Positions 39,282 through 48,490 of a stretch of 64,000 nucleotides of DNA are shown here, one piece after another (the stretch's first letter is position 1; each line of letters opens with the position of its first letter). The translations under genes were made by a program, and so were the position numbers. The notes under the pieces are model-generated. The model ran no database searches and had not been told where the DNA came from. It saw only the letters and a program-made list of their open reading frames with translations. Origin of the DNA: an uncultured SAR86 cluster bacterium (GTDB lineage: Bacteria; Pseudomonadota; Gammaproteobacteria; Magnimaribacterales; AG-339-G14); the NCBI GenBank assembly GCA_902624765.1, contig CACNYO010000001.1, positions 29,907 through 93,906 on the forward strand, in the 5' to 3' direction.

Positions 39282-40499
39282 TTAAAAACCAAAGTCCCAA
39301 GAGAGGCCTTCGTGGTATTTTTTTAAGATTTCCTTTGCTATTAAGACCCTATGAACCTCATCAGGTCCATCAGCAAGTCTTAGCGTTCTCGCTCCCTGAT
39401 ACATTCCTGCTAGAGGTAGGTCAGATGAAACGCCTTTCCAGCCATATACTTGAATCGCTCTGTCTACAACTTTGTGCATAGCATTTGGGACGTATACTTT
39501 TAGGGCGGAGATATCAACCCTTGGATTACCCTCGGCTTCCATTACTTCCGCACAATGAATAGTCATAAGTCTAGCTGTTTGAATGTCAATATAGGAGTCA
39601 GCGATAAAGCCTTGAATTAGTTGCTTAGTTTCTAATTTTCCACCATGAACTTCTCGTTCAATAGTTCTTTTGAGCATTAAATCAAAAGCTCGCCACATTT
39701 GCCCTATTGAATTCATACAATGAAAAACCCTACCTGCACCCAATCTATCTTGAGCAGCCTGGTGACCAGATCCTCTTGCTCCAAGAGTATTCTCTATTGG
39801 AACCCTGACATTCTCATATTTAATTTCTACATGATCTCCCCCGGTATGTCCCCATATCGGTACCGATCTAACAATATTAAATCCTTCTGAGTCTGTGGGG
39901 ACAATAATTTGAGACATTCTTGAATTAACTCCCCCAGATCCATCATCTTCCTCTGTTCTGCACATGACAATGGCAAAGTCAGCTCTGATGCCATTAGATG
40001 TCATAACTTTGTGACCATTAATTATCCAGTCATCACCATCTTTTTTTGCAGTAGTTTTAATTGATCTTGGATCTGAGCCAGCATTATCAGGCTCAGTCAT
40101 GGAAAAGCATGATTCCATTTCTCCCTCTATCAATGGGAGCAGCCATTTTTTCTTTTGTTCGTCAGAGCCATATTTTAGGAGAACTTTTTGATTACCCGAA
40201 TTAGGAGCTATGACACCAAAAAGTCTGTTAGATAAAGGAGACCAGGCTAAGATTTCATTCATATAGGCATGAGCTATGAAGCCTATTCCCATTCCTCCAT
40301 ACTCTTCTGGTAGATGAGGAGCCCACAGTTTCTGGTTTTTTACTTCCTGTCTAATATCCTCTCTGAGAGATTTAGATTTATCTCCTCCCGAATAAATATC
40401 TTTTTCGTTGGGAATAATATGTTCAGCAACAATATTTGCTGTTCTGTTTCTTATATCATTTACATCTTCTGAAAGTGTAGGTATTGGTTTTATTTCCAT
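39282..40499 (-). CDS. acyl-CoA dehydrogenase
   Basis: CFSMTEPDNAGSD, a middle beta-domain, and a C-terminal helical domain with ...RLADGPDEVH. Confidence 0.85.
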   Translation of the reverse strand: MEIKPIPTLSEDVNDIRNRTANIVAEHIIPNEKDIYSGGDKSKSLREDIRQEVKNQKLWAPHLPEEYGGMGIGFIAHAYMNEILAWSPLSNRLFGVIAPNSGNQKVLLKYGSDEQKKKWLLPLIEGEMESCFSMTEPDNAGSDPRSIKTTAKKDGDDWIINGHKVMTSNGIRADFAIVMCRTEEDDGSGGVNSRMSQIIVPTDSEGFNIVRSVPIWGHTGGDHVEIKYENVRVPIENTLGARGSGHQAAQDRLGAGRVFHCMNSIGQMWRAFDLMLKRTIEREVHGGKLETKQLIQGFIADSYIDIQTARLMTIHCAEVMEAEGNPRVDISALKVYVPNAMHKVVDRAIQVYGWKGVSSDLPLAGMYQGARTLRLADGPDEVHRVLIAKEILKKYHEGLSWDFGF

Positions 40500-40580
40500 A
40501 ATAATTCTCCTCTAAAAGATTTTATCATTGACCTTGCAACCTGCAAGAATTGAAACAATAATAAGTAAAAAGGAGTTTTT

Positions 40581-41180
40581 ATGAAGGAAGTAGATTTTTA
40601 TTTTGATTTTGCAAGTCCAAATGCCTATCTTTCTTTAATGGCTGGAAAAGAGCTTGAAGATAAGTTGGGTTTTAAATTCAATATTAAATTAGCTTTACTT
40701 GGAGGCATATTTAAGTTGACTAATAATCAACCTCCAATGGTCGCTTTTGCGGGAATCAAAAATAAACTTGATTATGACGGTGTGGAAATGCAGAGGTTTA
40801 TTAACAAACACAATCTTTCAGACTTTAAAATGAATCCAAACTTTCCAGTGATTACTCTTCAGATTATGAGAGCAGCAGTTGTTGCTGAAAAAGAAGGTTT
40901 TTTGATGGACTATGTTCAAAAAATTACAAAATCTATGTGGGAAAGAGAAAAGAAAATGGATGATCCTGAGGTCATCAAGACTGAATATGATCATTGGGGT
41001 TTTGATTCTTCTTTATTAATGGATGGTATGAATGATCCTGATATTAAATCCTCTTTGATGGATAAAACTTCTGAGGCAGTAGAAAGGGGAGTTTTTGGAA
41101 TCCCAACTTTCTTTGTAGGTGAAGAAATGTTTTTTGGAAAAGATAGGTTAGGGCAAGTTGAGGAAGAAATCCTTAAGTAA
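40581..41180 (+). CDS. 2-hydroxychromene-2-carboxylate isomerase/DsbA-like thioredoxin-fold protein
   Basis: VDFYFDFASPNAYL N-terminus and GVFGIPTFFVGEEMFFGKDRL C-terminus. Confidence 0.75.
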   Translation: MKEVDFYFDFASPNAYLSLMAGKELEDKLGFKFNIKLALLGGIFKLTNNQPPMVAFAGIKNKLDYDGVEMQRFINKHNLSDFKMNPNFPVITLQIMRAAVVAEKEGFLMDYVQKITKSMWEREKKMDDPEVIKTEYDHWGFDSSLLMDGMNDPDIKSSLMDKTSEAVERGVFGIPTFFVGEEMFFGKDRLGQVEEEILK

Positions 41181-41185
41181 ATTTC

Positions 41186-41743
41186 GTGGATTTTGATCTC
41201 CTAGAATTATTTAACTCTCTCAGAGGTCAAAGCAATCTTTTAGAGGTTTTAATGCAAAACCTAAGCAATAATCTATTTGGATTATTTTTGGCTTTTTTTG
41301 TTGTCCCATATTTTTTTTATAAATCTCAAGAAAAATTAGTTTGGATTTTTATTGCTTGGATTTTGACTATTGGAATAACTGACTTTAGTGCAAACTTTCT
41401 TAAAAGCGTCTTTTTAGAATTTAGGCCATGTTTTTCAGATTATTCATATCTCTTAGATAGTAATGGCCAAATTTTAAATCAGTGCTCCGCCACTCTAACA
41501 GGAATGCCATCAAATCATTCAGCTAATTTTTTTGCAGGTTCATTGTTTTTGTTAACTATCTTTAAAATCAATAGATATTCACTAATTTTTCTATTAATTT
41601 CTTGCATTGTTGCCCTATCAAGAATTTATCTTGGAAAACACTTCCCTTACCAGGTGCTTGTTGGCGCATCTTATGGCGCTATTCTGGGTGTATTGGGAGG
41701 GTATGTGTATTTAAAGATTTTTTTTAGGAATTCTCTAAATTAA
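41186..41743 (+). CDS. PAP2-family lipid phosphatase (possible undecaprenyl-diphosphate phosphatase)
   Basis: PAP2 motifs K....RP (KSVFLEFRP), PSNHS and SRIYLGKHFPYQV. Multiple TM segments. GTG start. Confidence 0.7.
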   Translation: MDFDLLELFNSLRGQSNLLEVLMQNLSNNLFGLFLAFFVVPYFFYKSQEKLVWIFIAWILTIGITDFSANFLKSVFLEFRPCFSDYSYLLDSNGQILNQCSATLTGMPSNHSANFFAGSLFLLTIFKINRYSLIFLLISCIVALSRIYLGKHFPYQVLVGASYGAILGVLGGYVYLKIFFRNSLN

Positions 41744-43109
41744 ATCTATATCTCAAAAATATTAAGCTTACAAAAACTAAAAGAAGCATGGAAGCTAACT
41801 CAGATACTCCGGCTATTTCAAGAACTACACCTGTAAGTGCAAGCACAGAAGATATAACTAAAACAACGAATGAAACTCTTAACCCTTTTAGTCCTAATCT
41901 ATCAAGCGCATGATGGATATGACTTCTATCTGACACAAGTGGGGACCTCTTATTCACAAGCCGAATAATAATTGTTGATACTGCATTAAATAATACGAAC
42001 CCTACTATCCAAACAGCTGTTATAGGATGCATATAATCTGATCTTTCCATTGCAAAATAAATTAAGCACCAGGCCACAATGTAACCACAAAACATTGAAC
42101 CATGATCTCCCATGAAAATGACAAATCTTTTGCCCATAACTTTTAAATTCATGAGTGCATATGGAAGAAAACAAATGACAAGAAATAAGTAAATTTGCTC
42201 TATGAAAAGAGAATTATTTACAGATAAAAGTATTAAAGGAGCAGTGATGCCTACAAGAAATTGGCTAGTCAAACCTCCGTTAAAGCCATCAATCCAGTTA
42301 AAGGCATTTAGAATGCCTATTACACAAAAAATTGTGAATAAAACACCAAGAGCTGGATTGAGGTCAATGAAACCTAAACCGAATAAATTTCCCAAATTAT
42401 CTATAAATAGGCCAGACTGAGTAATAAGAATTAAACAAGCAAGAGCTTGAGAAAGAAATCTTGTTGGAACACTTAACCCCCATAAATCATCAATTAGAGT
42501 CACAAAAGCTAGAAAGATTCCTGTTATTAGCATCCATATAAAAAAGGGCGGAACATTGACATTAATTTTCTGATAATAAGTTGATTCAATACCATTGATG
42601 TTCACAGTAACCTTTGGAGGTAACAATGCGTCTTGAAAATAATTTGAGTTGGCTTTGAATCCGTTACCCTCTACTTGGAATGATCCAGATTCATCTTTAT
42701 AAATTTCCATCAACTGCGTTTCAAAAGTTTCTTTATTGATGACTACAACTGCCTGAGTGTTTTCACTAATATCTATAATCTGAATATCAAAAGAGTCATT
42801 GCCAATAAGATCAATCTTTTTATCAAGGTTTTGATTGAACGAATTATCTTCTTTAATTGAGTCGCCAACAAAGAAGCCATTCCAAGATAAATTGAAGTTG
42901 ACTCCGGCAAAGAAATCAAAGATTAAAACAGCAAAAATTAAAGATGTTATGAAAGATATCCCACCAGAAAGAGGAATATTATTCTTATGAAGTTTTTTCA
43001 CTCCATCGGGTTTGTCCACCCAACTTAGGGATTTAAAAATTTTTCTAAATACAAAATTTGCAAGGAAAGAAAAGAAAAGAACTATCCCAAGTAGATATAT
43101 TAGGAACAT
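41724..43109 (-). CDS. MraY/WecA-family polyprenyl-phosphate N-acetylhexosamine-1-phosphate transferase with a ~115-aa loop insertion
   Basis: The HKNNIPLSGG loop, the DD motif (LIDDLWG), NAFNWIDGFNG and HIHH all match the family. The hydrophilic segment at residues ~71-187 has no counterpart in E. coli WecA. Confidence 0.75.
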   Translation of the reverse strand: MFLIYLLGIVLFFSFLANFVFRKIFKSLSWVDKPDGVKKLHKNNIPLSGGISFITSLIFAVLIFDFFAGVNFNLSWNGFFVGDSIKEDNSFNQNLDKKIDLIGNDSFDIQIIDISENTQAVVVINKETFETQLMEIYKDESGSFQVEGNGFKANSNYFQDALLPPKVTVNINGIESTYYQKINVNVPPFFIWMLITGIFLAFVTLIDDLWGLSVPTRFLSQALACLILITQSGLFIDNLGNLFGLGFIDLNPALGVLFTIFCVIGILNAFNWIDGFNGGLTSQFLVGITAPLILLSVNNSLFIEQIYLFLVICFLPYALMNLKVMGKRFVIFMGDHGSMFCGYIVAWCLIYFAMERSDYMHPITAVWIVGFVLFNAVSTIIIRLVNKRSPLVSDRSHIHHALDRLGLKGLRVSFVVLVISSVLALTGVVLEIAGVSELASMLLLVFVSLIFLRYRFNLENS

Positions 43110-43112
43110 TTC

Positions 43113-43919
43113 TTAACTGAGAAAACTGGGATCCTTTTCAAGCATTAAATCATAAAGAGGTTGGTAGCTTGCCCACATTGCCATATCCGAACCAACTTGT
43201 GATTTAGTTAACTCTGCAACATCATCAGGAATTCTTTCCATTTGACCAATTGACTCAGCCAAAATTTGAGATTGACAACATCTATCCATCGATAAGAAAG
43301 CCCAGAGAGCTTCATCGACTGTTCCGCCGGTTGTTAAAAGACCATGATTTTTTAAAATGGCAGCTTTTTTATTTCCCAAAGCTTCAGCAATTCTTTTACC
43401 TTCATCACCTTCTAGAACCACCCCAGTATAATCATCAAACAGAACATGATTATCGTAAAAAGCACAAGAATCTTGAGTTATAGGTTCAAGCAGTCTACCA
43501 AAAGTAGAAAAGGTTTTGCCATACATTGAATGTGAGTGAGCTGCCGCGTTTACATCTGGTCTTGCTTCATGCAGGGATGAGTGAATTGCAAAAGCAGCAG
43601 TATTTACTGGTCTATCTCCTAATACTACCTGACCATCCTTATCCACAAGAATTAAATCTGAAACACAAATTTGGTTAAAGTGCATACCAAATGGATTTAC
43701 CCAAAAATGATCTTCATGCTCAGGGTCTCTGTATGTAATGTGTCCAGCGATACCTTCATCAAAACCAAAATGAGCAAACATTCTAAATCCTGAGGCCAAT
43801 CTTTCTAAGTTATATCTTCTTGTTTCCTCTATGGTTTTACATTCTATTGGAAGTAAAGAACCTTTTTCTTTTTGATCTAATTTTCCTTTTGATACATCGA
43901 TATTAAGGTTATTTGTCAT
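43113..43919 (-). CDS. class II aldolase/adducin-family protein
   Basis: FAIHSSLHEARPDVNAAAHSHS metal-binding His cluster and NHGLLTTG. Confidence 0.8.
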   Translation of the reverse strand: MTNNLNIDVSKGKLDQKEKGSLLPIECKTIEETRRYNLERLASGFRMFAHFGFDEGIAGHITYRDPEHEDHFWVNPFGMHFNQICVSDLILVDKDGQVVLGDRPVNTAAFAIHSSLHEARPDVNAAAHSHSMYGKTFSTFGRLLEPITQDSCAFYDNHVLFDDYTGVVLEGDEGKRIAEALGNKKAAILKNHGLLTTGGTVDEALWAFLSMDRCCQSQILAESIGQMERIPDDVAELTKSQVGSDMAMWASYQPLYDLMLEKDPSFLS

Positions 43920-43997
43920 ATATTTCTCCTACCTACTTAATTTCCATATTACAATTTTACTAGTTTAAACTAATCAATAAAAATATACATAAGTCCC

Positions 43998-45401
43998 ATG
44001 GCAAAAAAAGGTTACAGAGAAGAATCGGACAGCATTGGAATAGTTTATGTTCCTAGAAAAGCTTTATACGGTGCACAAACTCAAAGAGCAATAGACAACT
44101 TTCCAGTAAGCGGAATTAAAATGGATTTTCCTTTTACCAAATCTTTTGTCAGCTCCTTAGGAATGATTAAAGATGCTGCAGCCAAAGCTAATCATAAATT
44201 GAAGCTTCTTTCCAATAAGAAGGCCAGAGCAATATCAAAGGCTTCTAAGGAGGTATGGCAAGAAAAACATCATAAAGAGTTTCCTATCGATGTCTTTCAA
44301 ACAGGATCTGGAACCAGTTCGAATATGAATGCAAACGAGGTTATAGCTAATTTAGCATCAGCATTTTCTGGTGAAGAGGTTAGCCCGAACGATGACGTTA
44401 ACATGTCTCAAAGCAGCAATGATGTGATACCAACTGCAATAAAAATCAGTGCACATATGGATTTAACTAAAAAGTTATACCCCAACTTAGAAAACCTTAT
44501 TAATGCAATCGATAAAAAAGCAGTTTCTGTCAGAGGGATAATAAAAACAGGAAGAACTCATCTCATGGATGCAATGCCTGTAGATTTAGCTGATGAATTA
44601 TCTGCGTGGTCCAGTCAATTAAAGACTTCTCTAAAAGCTTTAAAATTTATCGAGGCTAGACTTTTGGAGCTTCCTCAAGGCGGAACAGCTGTTGGAACAG
44701 GAATTAATGCTCACAAAAGATTTGCTAAAGTTTTTGCTCAGGAAATCTCCAAGTTGTCTGGGAACAAATATAGAAGTGTTGCAAGTGATAATTTCTTTCA
44801 TGAGTTAAGTTCTCAAGATACATCAGTACAATTGTCTGGCGAACTTAAAAACTTAGCTGTTGCTTTGATGAAGATTTCAAATGATTTGCGATGGATGAAC
44901 AGTGGACCTTTAGCGGGACTATCAGAGATAGAACTTCAGGCTTTGCAACCAGGTAGTAGTATTATGCCAGGCAAGGTAAATCCAGTGATTCCTGAAGCTG
45001 TAACCATGGTTTCTGCAGATGTTATAGGAAATGATGTGAGCATTACAGTTGCAGCGCAAGCAGGTAACTACCAGTTAAATGTTATGCTTCCCGTTATAGC
45101 CTATAACTTACTTAAAAGTATTAACCTCCTCTCAGGTGCTTGCGATGTTCTTGCTAACAAAGCAATTAAAACCTTCAAGGTGAATAAAAAGAATTTGGAA
45201 TCGTCTTTGGCAAAAAATCCAATACTCGTAACAGCCCTCAATCCAATTATTGGTTACAAGAAAGCTGCTGCAATTGCTAAAAAAGCTTACAAAGAGAATA
45301 GACCGATCATTGATGTTGCTGCTGAAGAGACAAACCTTTCCGTAACAAGATTAAAGAAATTATTAGATCCAGCTAAGCTCGCAAAGGGTGGAATCCAATG
45401 A
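43998..45401 (+). CDS. fumC: class II fumarate hydratase
   Basis: GAQTQRA, QTGSGTSSNMNANEV, SQSSNDVIPTA, GRTHLMDAMP, GGTAVGTGINAH and the signature GSSIMPGKVNP. Confidence 0.9.
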   Translation: MAKKGYREESDSIGIVYVPRKALYGAQTQRAIDNFPVSGIKMDFPFTKSFVSSLGMIKDAAAKANHKLKLLSNKKARAISKASKEVWQEKHHKEFPIDVFQTGSGTSSNMNANEVIANLASAFSGEEVSPNDDVNMSQSSNDVIPTAIKISAHMDLTKKLYPNLENLINAIDKKAVSVRGIIKTGRTHLMDAMPVDLADELSAWSSQLKTSLKALKFIEARLLELPQGGTAVGTGINAHKRFAKVFAQEISKLSGNKYRSVASDNFFHELSSQDTSVQLSGELKNLAVALMKISNDLRWMNSGPLAGLSEIELQALQPGSSIMPGKVNPVIPEAVTMVSADVIGNDVSITVAAQAGNYQLNVMLPVIAYNLLKSINLLSGACDVLANKAIKTFKVNKKNLESSLAKNPILVTALNPIIGYKKAAAIAKKAYKENRPIIDVAAEETNLSVTRLKKLLDPAKLAKGGIQ

Positions 45402-45748
45402 AAGTTGATTACCTTTTAGATTCAAATTGCGAAGCATGTAGGGCAGATGCCCCTAAAGTAACCAAAGAGGAATTAGAAGAACTTAAGCCTTTAGTACCTT
45501 CTTGGGAAATTATTGAAGTAAATCGATTGAATAAACTGGTTTGCTCTTTTGCCTTCTCTAACTATGAAGAATGCGTTAATTTTGCAAACAAAATCGCTGA
45601 TCTAGCTGAAAAAGAAGATCATCATCCAGAAATTCTAATTGAATGGGGGAAAGTCACTGTGACGTGGTGGTCACATAAAATCAAAGGTCTTCACAAAAAT
45701 GATTTTATAGCTGCCGCAAAGACAGATCAGATTTTTTCAGGCTCTTGA
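45398..45748 (+). CDS. phhB: 4a-hydroxytetrahydrobiopterin (pterin-4a-carbinolamine) dehydratase
   Basis: The EDHHPEILIEWGKVTVTWWSH signature. ATGA overlap with fumC. Confidence 0.85.
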   Translation: MKVDYLLDSNCEACRADAPKVTKEELEELKPLVPSWEIIEVNRLNKLVCSFAFSNYEECVNFANKIADLAEKEDHHPEILIEWGKVTVTWWSHKIKGLHKNDFIAAAKTDQIFSGS

Positions 45749-46962
45749 ATTTGACTTGCTAAAACGACTGCAACTAGAGCAACACAACCCATAATATTGA
45801 AAGCCACGAAGTAGGTATCTTGGAAACCTATTAAGATGCTTGTTATCAAGATTCCAATTGGTTGAAGAGGAGAAACTATAGGAGACGAAATGCCTCTAGC
45901 TTTGCCAAGATTATGCGCTCCAAAAGTCCTTAAGTAACATGCAGTCATAAGGGGCATTGCAGCTCCAAAACCTAAGCCAAAGATAAACGCGCTTAAAAGA
46001 AATATGTTCGGTTCATTGAAATAAGTAATTCCAAAGATTCCAAGCGCTTGGAAAAACATTGCCATCATCGAAGGATAAGCTGCCTTCATTACGTCCATGA
46101 GATATCCAAATAGAATTTTCCCCAACACTCCGCCAAAAGCAGACAGAGCGTATGCAAAAACATATTGTTTAACTGGCAGACCTAAAAGATTCCAGGTTTC
46201 GTCTAATCCCATCTTACTTGCGTGTATAGGCAAAAAAGAAAGCACACCCATCATGGAAAGAAATTGAAAAGCAAAAGCTAAAGAAATTATCCAAAAAACC
46301 TTTTTGGACAATAGATCTTTTGCAGTCATCTCTTGAGGTAATGATTCTTCTTCATTTTCTCTCTTAATTCCATCTTTAGCTTGGTTGACGCTCTTTGGAT
46401 CATCAATCACGGTAAAAAAGATAAGAGGTAAAATAATGAATAGAATTATTGAGGCAAAGATTACGTAAACATTTCTCCAGCCTACCAAGTCAAGAAGCGG
46501 ATCAACAACTAAAGGAAGCACAACGCCTGAGAAAGAAATACCAACTGCAGCAATTCCTAGAGCTCTGCCAGCATTTTTATCAAACCAATTTGAGATTAAT
46601 TTTGCTACTGCTAAATTTCCCATCATGATTGACCCCAACGCAAGAATAGTAAGATAAATTGTCAAAAGCGACCAATAAGAATTTATGAAACTTAGAGAGA
46701 AAAGTCCTATGGCATAAATGACAGCTCCAATCATCATAAAATTTTTAACTGAATACTTATCAAGAGCTCGGCCGATAACTATTGCTAAAATGGCTACAGG
46801 CATAAAGTAGAAAGCGGAAACCATTCCTAGCTGACTTTCAGTCATGCCAAGCTCTGATATAAGGTATGGCCAAATCACTGGGAAGCTATAAAAAAGGAAT
46901 CCTATAACAGTGAATTCAACGGTAAGACCCGTAAAAACCATTCTCCAACCAAAAAACTTCAT
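45727..46962 (-). CDS. MFS transporter
   Basis: About 12 TM segments split by a central hydrophilic loop, with a GR.LDK-like motif after TM2. The 3' end overlaps phhB by 22 nt (convergent). Confidence 0.75.
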   Translation of the reverse strand: MKFFGWRMVFTGLTVEFTVIGFLFYSFPVIWPYLISELGMTESQLGMVSAFYFMPVAILAIVIGRALDKYSVKNFMMIGAVIYAIGLFSLSFINSYWSLLTIYLTILALGSIMMGNLAVAKLISNWFDKNAGRALGIAAVGISFSGVVLPLVVDPLLDLVGWRNVYVIFASIILFIILPLIFFTVIDDPKSVNQAKDGIKRENEEESLPQEMTAKDLLSKKVFWIISLAFAFQFLSMMGVLSFLPIHASKMGLDETWNLLGLPVKQYVFAYALSAFGGVLGKILFGYLMDVMKAAYPSMMAMFFQALGIFGITYFNEPNIFLLSAFIFGLGFGAAMPLMTACYLRTFGAHNLGKARGISSPIVSPLQPIGILITSILIGFQDTYFVAFNIMGCVALVAVVLASQIQEPEKI

Positions 46963-47006
46963 TTTTCTGTATTTTTTAGAAATTTATTAAAATTCTTGCA
47001 ATCCTG

Positions 47007-47012
47007 TATAAT
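47007..47012 (+). promoter_or_regulatory. candidate -10 box (TATAAT) 7 nt upstream of the guaB ATG
   Basis: Perfect TATAAT preceded by TG. No Shine-Dalgarno sequence lies between it and ATG 47019. TATAAT is frequent by chance in this AT-rich DNA. Confidence 0.2.
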
Positions 47013-47018
47013 CTATAA

Positions 47019-48485
47019 ATGTTGCGGCTTAAAGAAACAGCTCTAACCTTTGACGACGTCTTATTGCTCCCTGACTATTCAGAAGTCTTGCCCAATAACG
47101 TTGATTTAACCACACGTCTGACAAAAAACCTAAGCATAAACATTCCAATAATTTCTTCTGCTATGGATACCGTCACTGAATCCAGAATGGCTATTGCTTT
47201 GGCAGAGCTTGGAGGTATAGGAATCATTCACAGGAACTTAAGCATTACAGATCAAGCTAACGAAGTTCGGGCAGTGAAAAAATTTGAGAGCGGCATTGTA
47301 AGAGATCCAACAACTATCTCATCAAGCAGCACGGTTGGTGACCTTATTCAGCTAACTAAAGAATTAAACATCTCTGGTATGCCTGTGGTGGACGATGACA
47401 ATCTGGTTGGAATTGTAACCTCCAGGGATTTTCGTAATGAATCAAATATGACAGCCACCGTAAGTTCGATTATGACCCCGAAAGAAAAACTTATTACGGC
47501 TAAAGAGAGCGAAAGCATTGATAATATAAAAACCTTACTCTATCGAAATAGAATAGAAAAAATATTGCTTGTTGATGACACTTTTGGTCTGAAGGGTCTA
47601 ATCACTCTGAAAGATATAAATAAATCAAAAGATTATCCATCTGCAACCAAGGACTCAGAGGGGAGACTTCTAGTTGGCGCAGCAATCGGTAATGCTACCG
47701 ATACAGAAGAAAGAACTGAAAAACTTGTTCAAGCCGGTGTCGATGTTCTCGTTGTTGATAGCGCCCATGGACACTCACAAGGCATTTTAGACAGAGTAAA
47801 AAAAGTAAAAAAAGACTATCCAAATATAGATGTCATTGGTGGCAATGTTGCCACTGCAGAAGGAGCTACAGCCTTAATGAAAGCAGGAGCTGATGGAGTG
47901 AAAGTTGGTATTGGGCCAGGTTCTATATGCACTACGAGAATTGTGACAGGAGTTGGTGTTCCCCAAATAACAGCTATTGCAGATGTGGTATCAAGCACGA
48001 AGAAAAAAGGAATTCCAGTTATTGCAGATGGTGGAATTAGATTCTCTGGTGATTTTGCCAAAGCAATTGCTGCAGGAGCAGACAGTGTCATGCTAGGTAG
48101 CATCTTGGCTGGAACAGAAGAAGCTCCTGGTCAGGTAGAACTCTTTCAAGGCAGAAGCTATAAAGCATATAGAGGTATGGGATCTGTTGGCGCAATGTCA
48201 GGTGAATCCTCCTCTGGGGATAGATATTTTCAGGACAATCAACAAACCGATAAACTGGTACCCGAAGGCATAGAGGGAAGAGTCCCCTATAAGGGTTGGG
48301 TAGAAACTACCATTCATCAAATGCTAGGCGGCCTAAGACAAAGCATGGGCTACACTGGATGCAAAGATATCGATACGATGAAAACTAAACCTAAGTTTGT
48401 TCAAATCACTACTTCTGGAATGAACGAGAGTCACGTGCATGACGTCAGTGTTACTAAAGAAGCGCCAAATTACCGAATTACCTAA
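47019..48485 (+). CDS. guaB: IMP dehydrogenase
   Basis: [17 protein letters not shown]-terminus, a CBS pair, and the catalytic loop [11 protein letters not shown]. Confidence 0.95.
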   Translation: MLRLKETALTFDDVLLLPDYSEVLPNNVDLTTRLTKNLSINIPIISSAMDTVTESRMAIALAELGGIGIIHRNLSITDQANEVRAVKKFESGIVRDPTTISSSSTVGDLIQLTKELNISGMPVVDDDNLVGIVTSRDFRNESNMTATVSSIMTPKEKLITAKESESIDNIKTLLYRNRIEKILLVDDTFGLKGLITLKDINKSKDYPSATKDSEGRLLVGAAIGNATDTEERTEKLVQAGVDVLVVDSAHGHSQGILDRVKKVKKDYPNIDVIGGNVATAEGATALMKAGADGVKVGIGPGSICTTRIVTGVGVPQITAIADVVSSTKKKGIPVIADGGIRFSGDFAKAIAAGADSVMLGSILAGTEEAPGQVELFQGRSYKAYRGMGSVGAMSGESSSGDRYFQDNQQTDKLVPEGIEGRVPYKGWVETTIHQMLGGLRQSMGYTGCKDIDTMKTKPKFVQITTSGMNESHVHDVSVTKEAPNYRIT

Positions 48486-48490
48486 TATAA

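Noticed and set aside
43998-45401. Possibility that this lyase-family gene is aspartate ammonia-lyase (aspA) rather than fumC
   Set aside because: The diagnostic blocks (GAQTQRA, QTGSGTSSNMN, SQSSNDVIPTA, GRTHLMDAMP) match FumC rather than the AspA versions as I remember them.
47816-48103. 95-aa ORF antisense to guaB, and similar ones opposite guaA (48824-49042, 49138-49416)
   Set aside because: These are shadow ORFs inside universally conserved genes.
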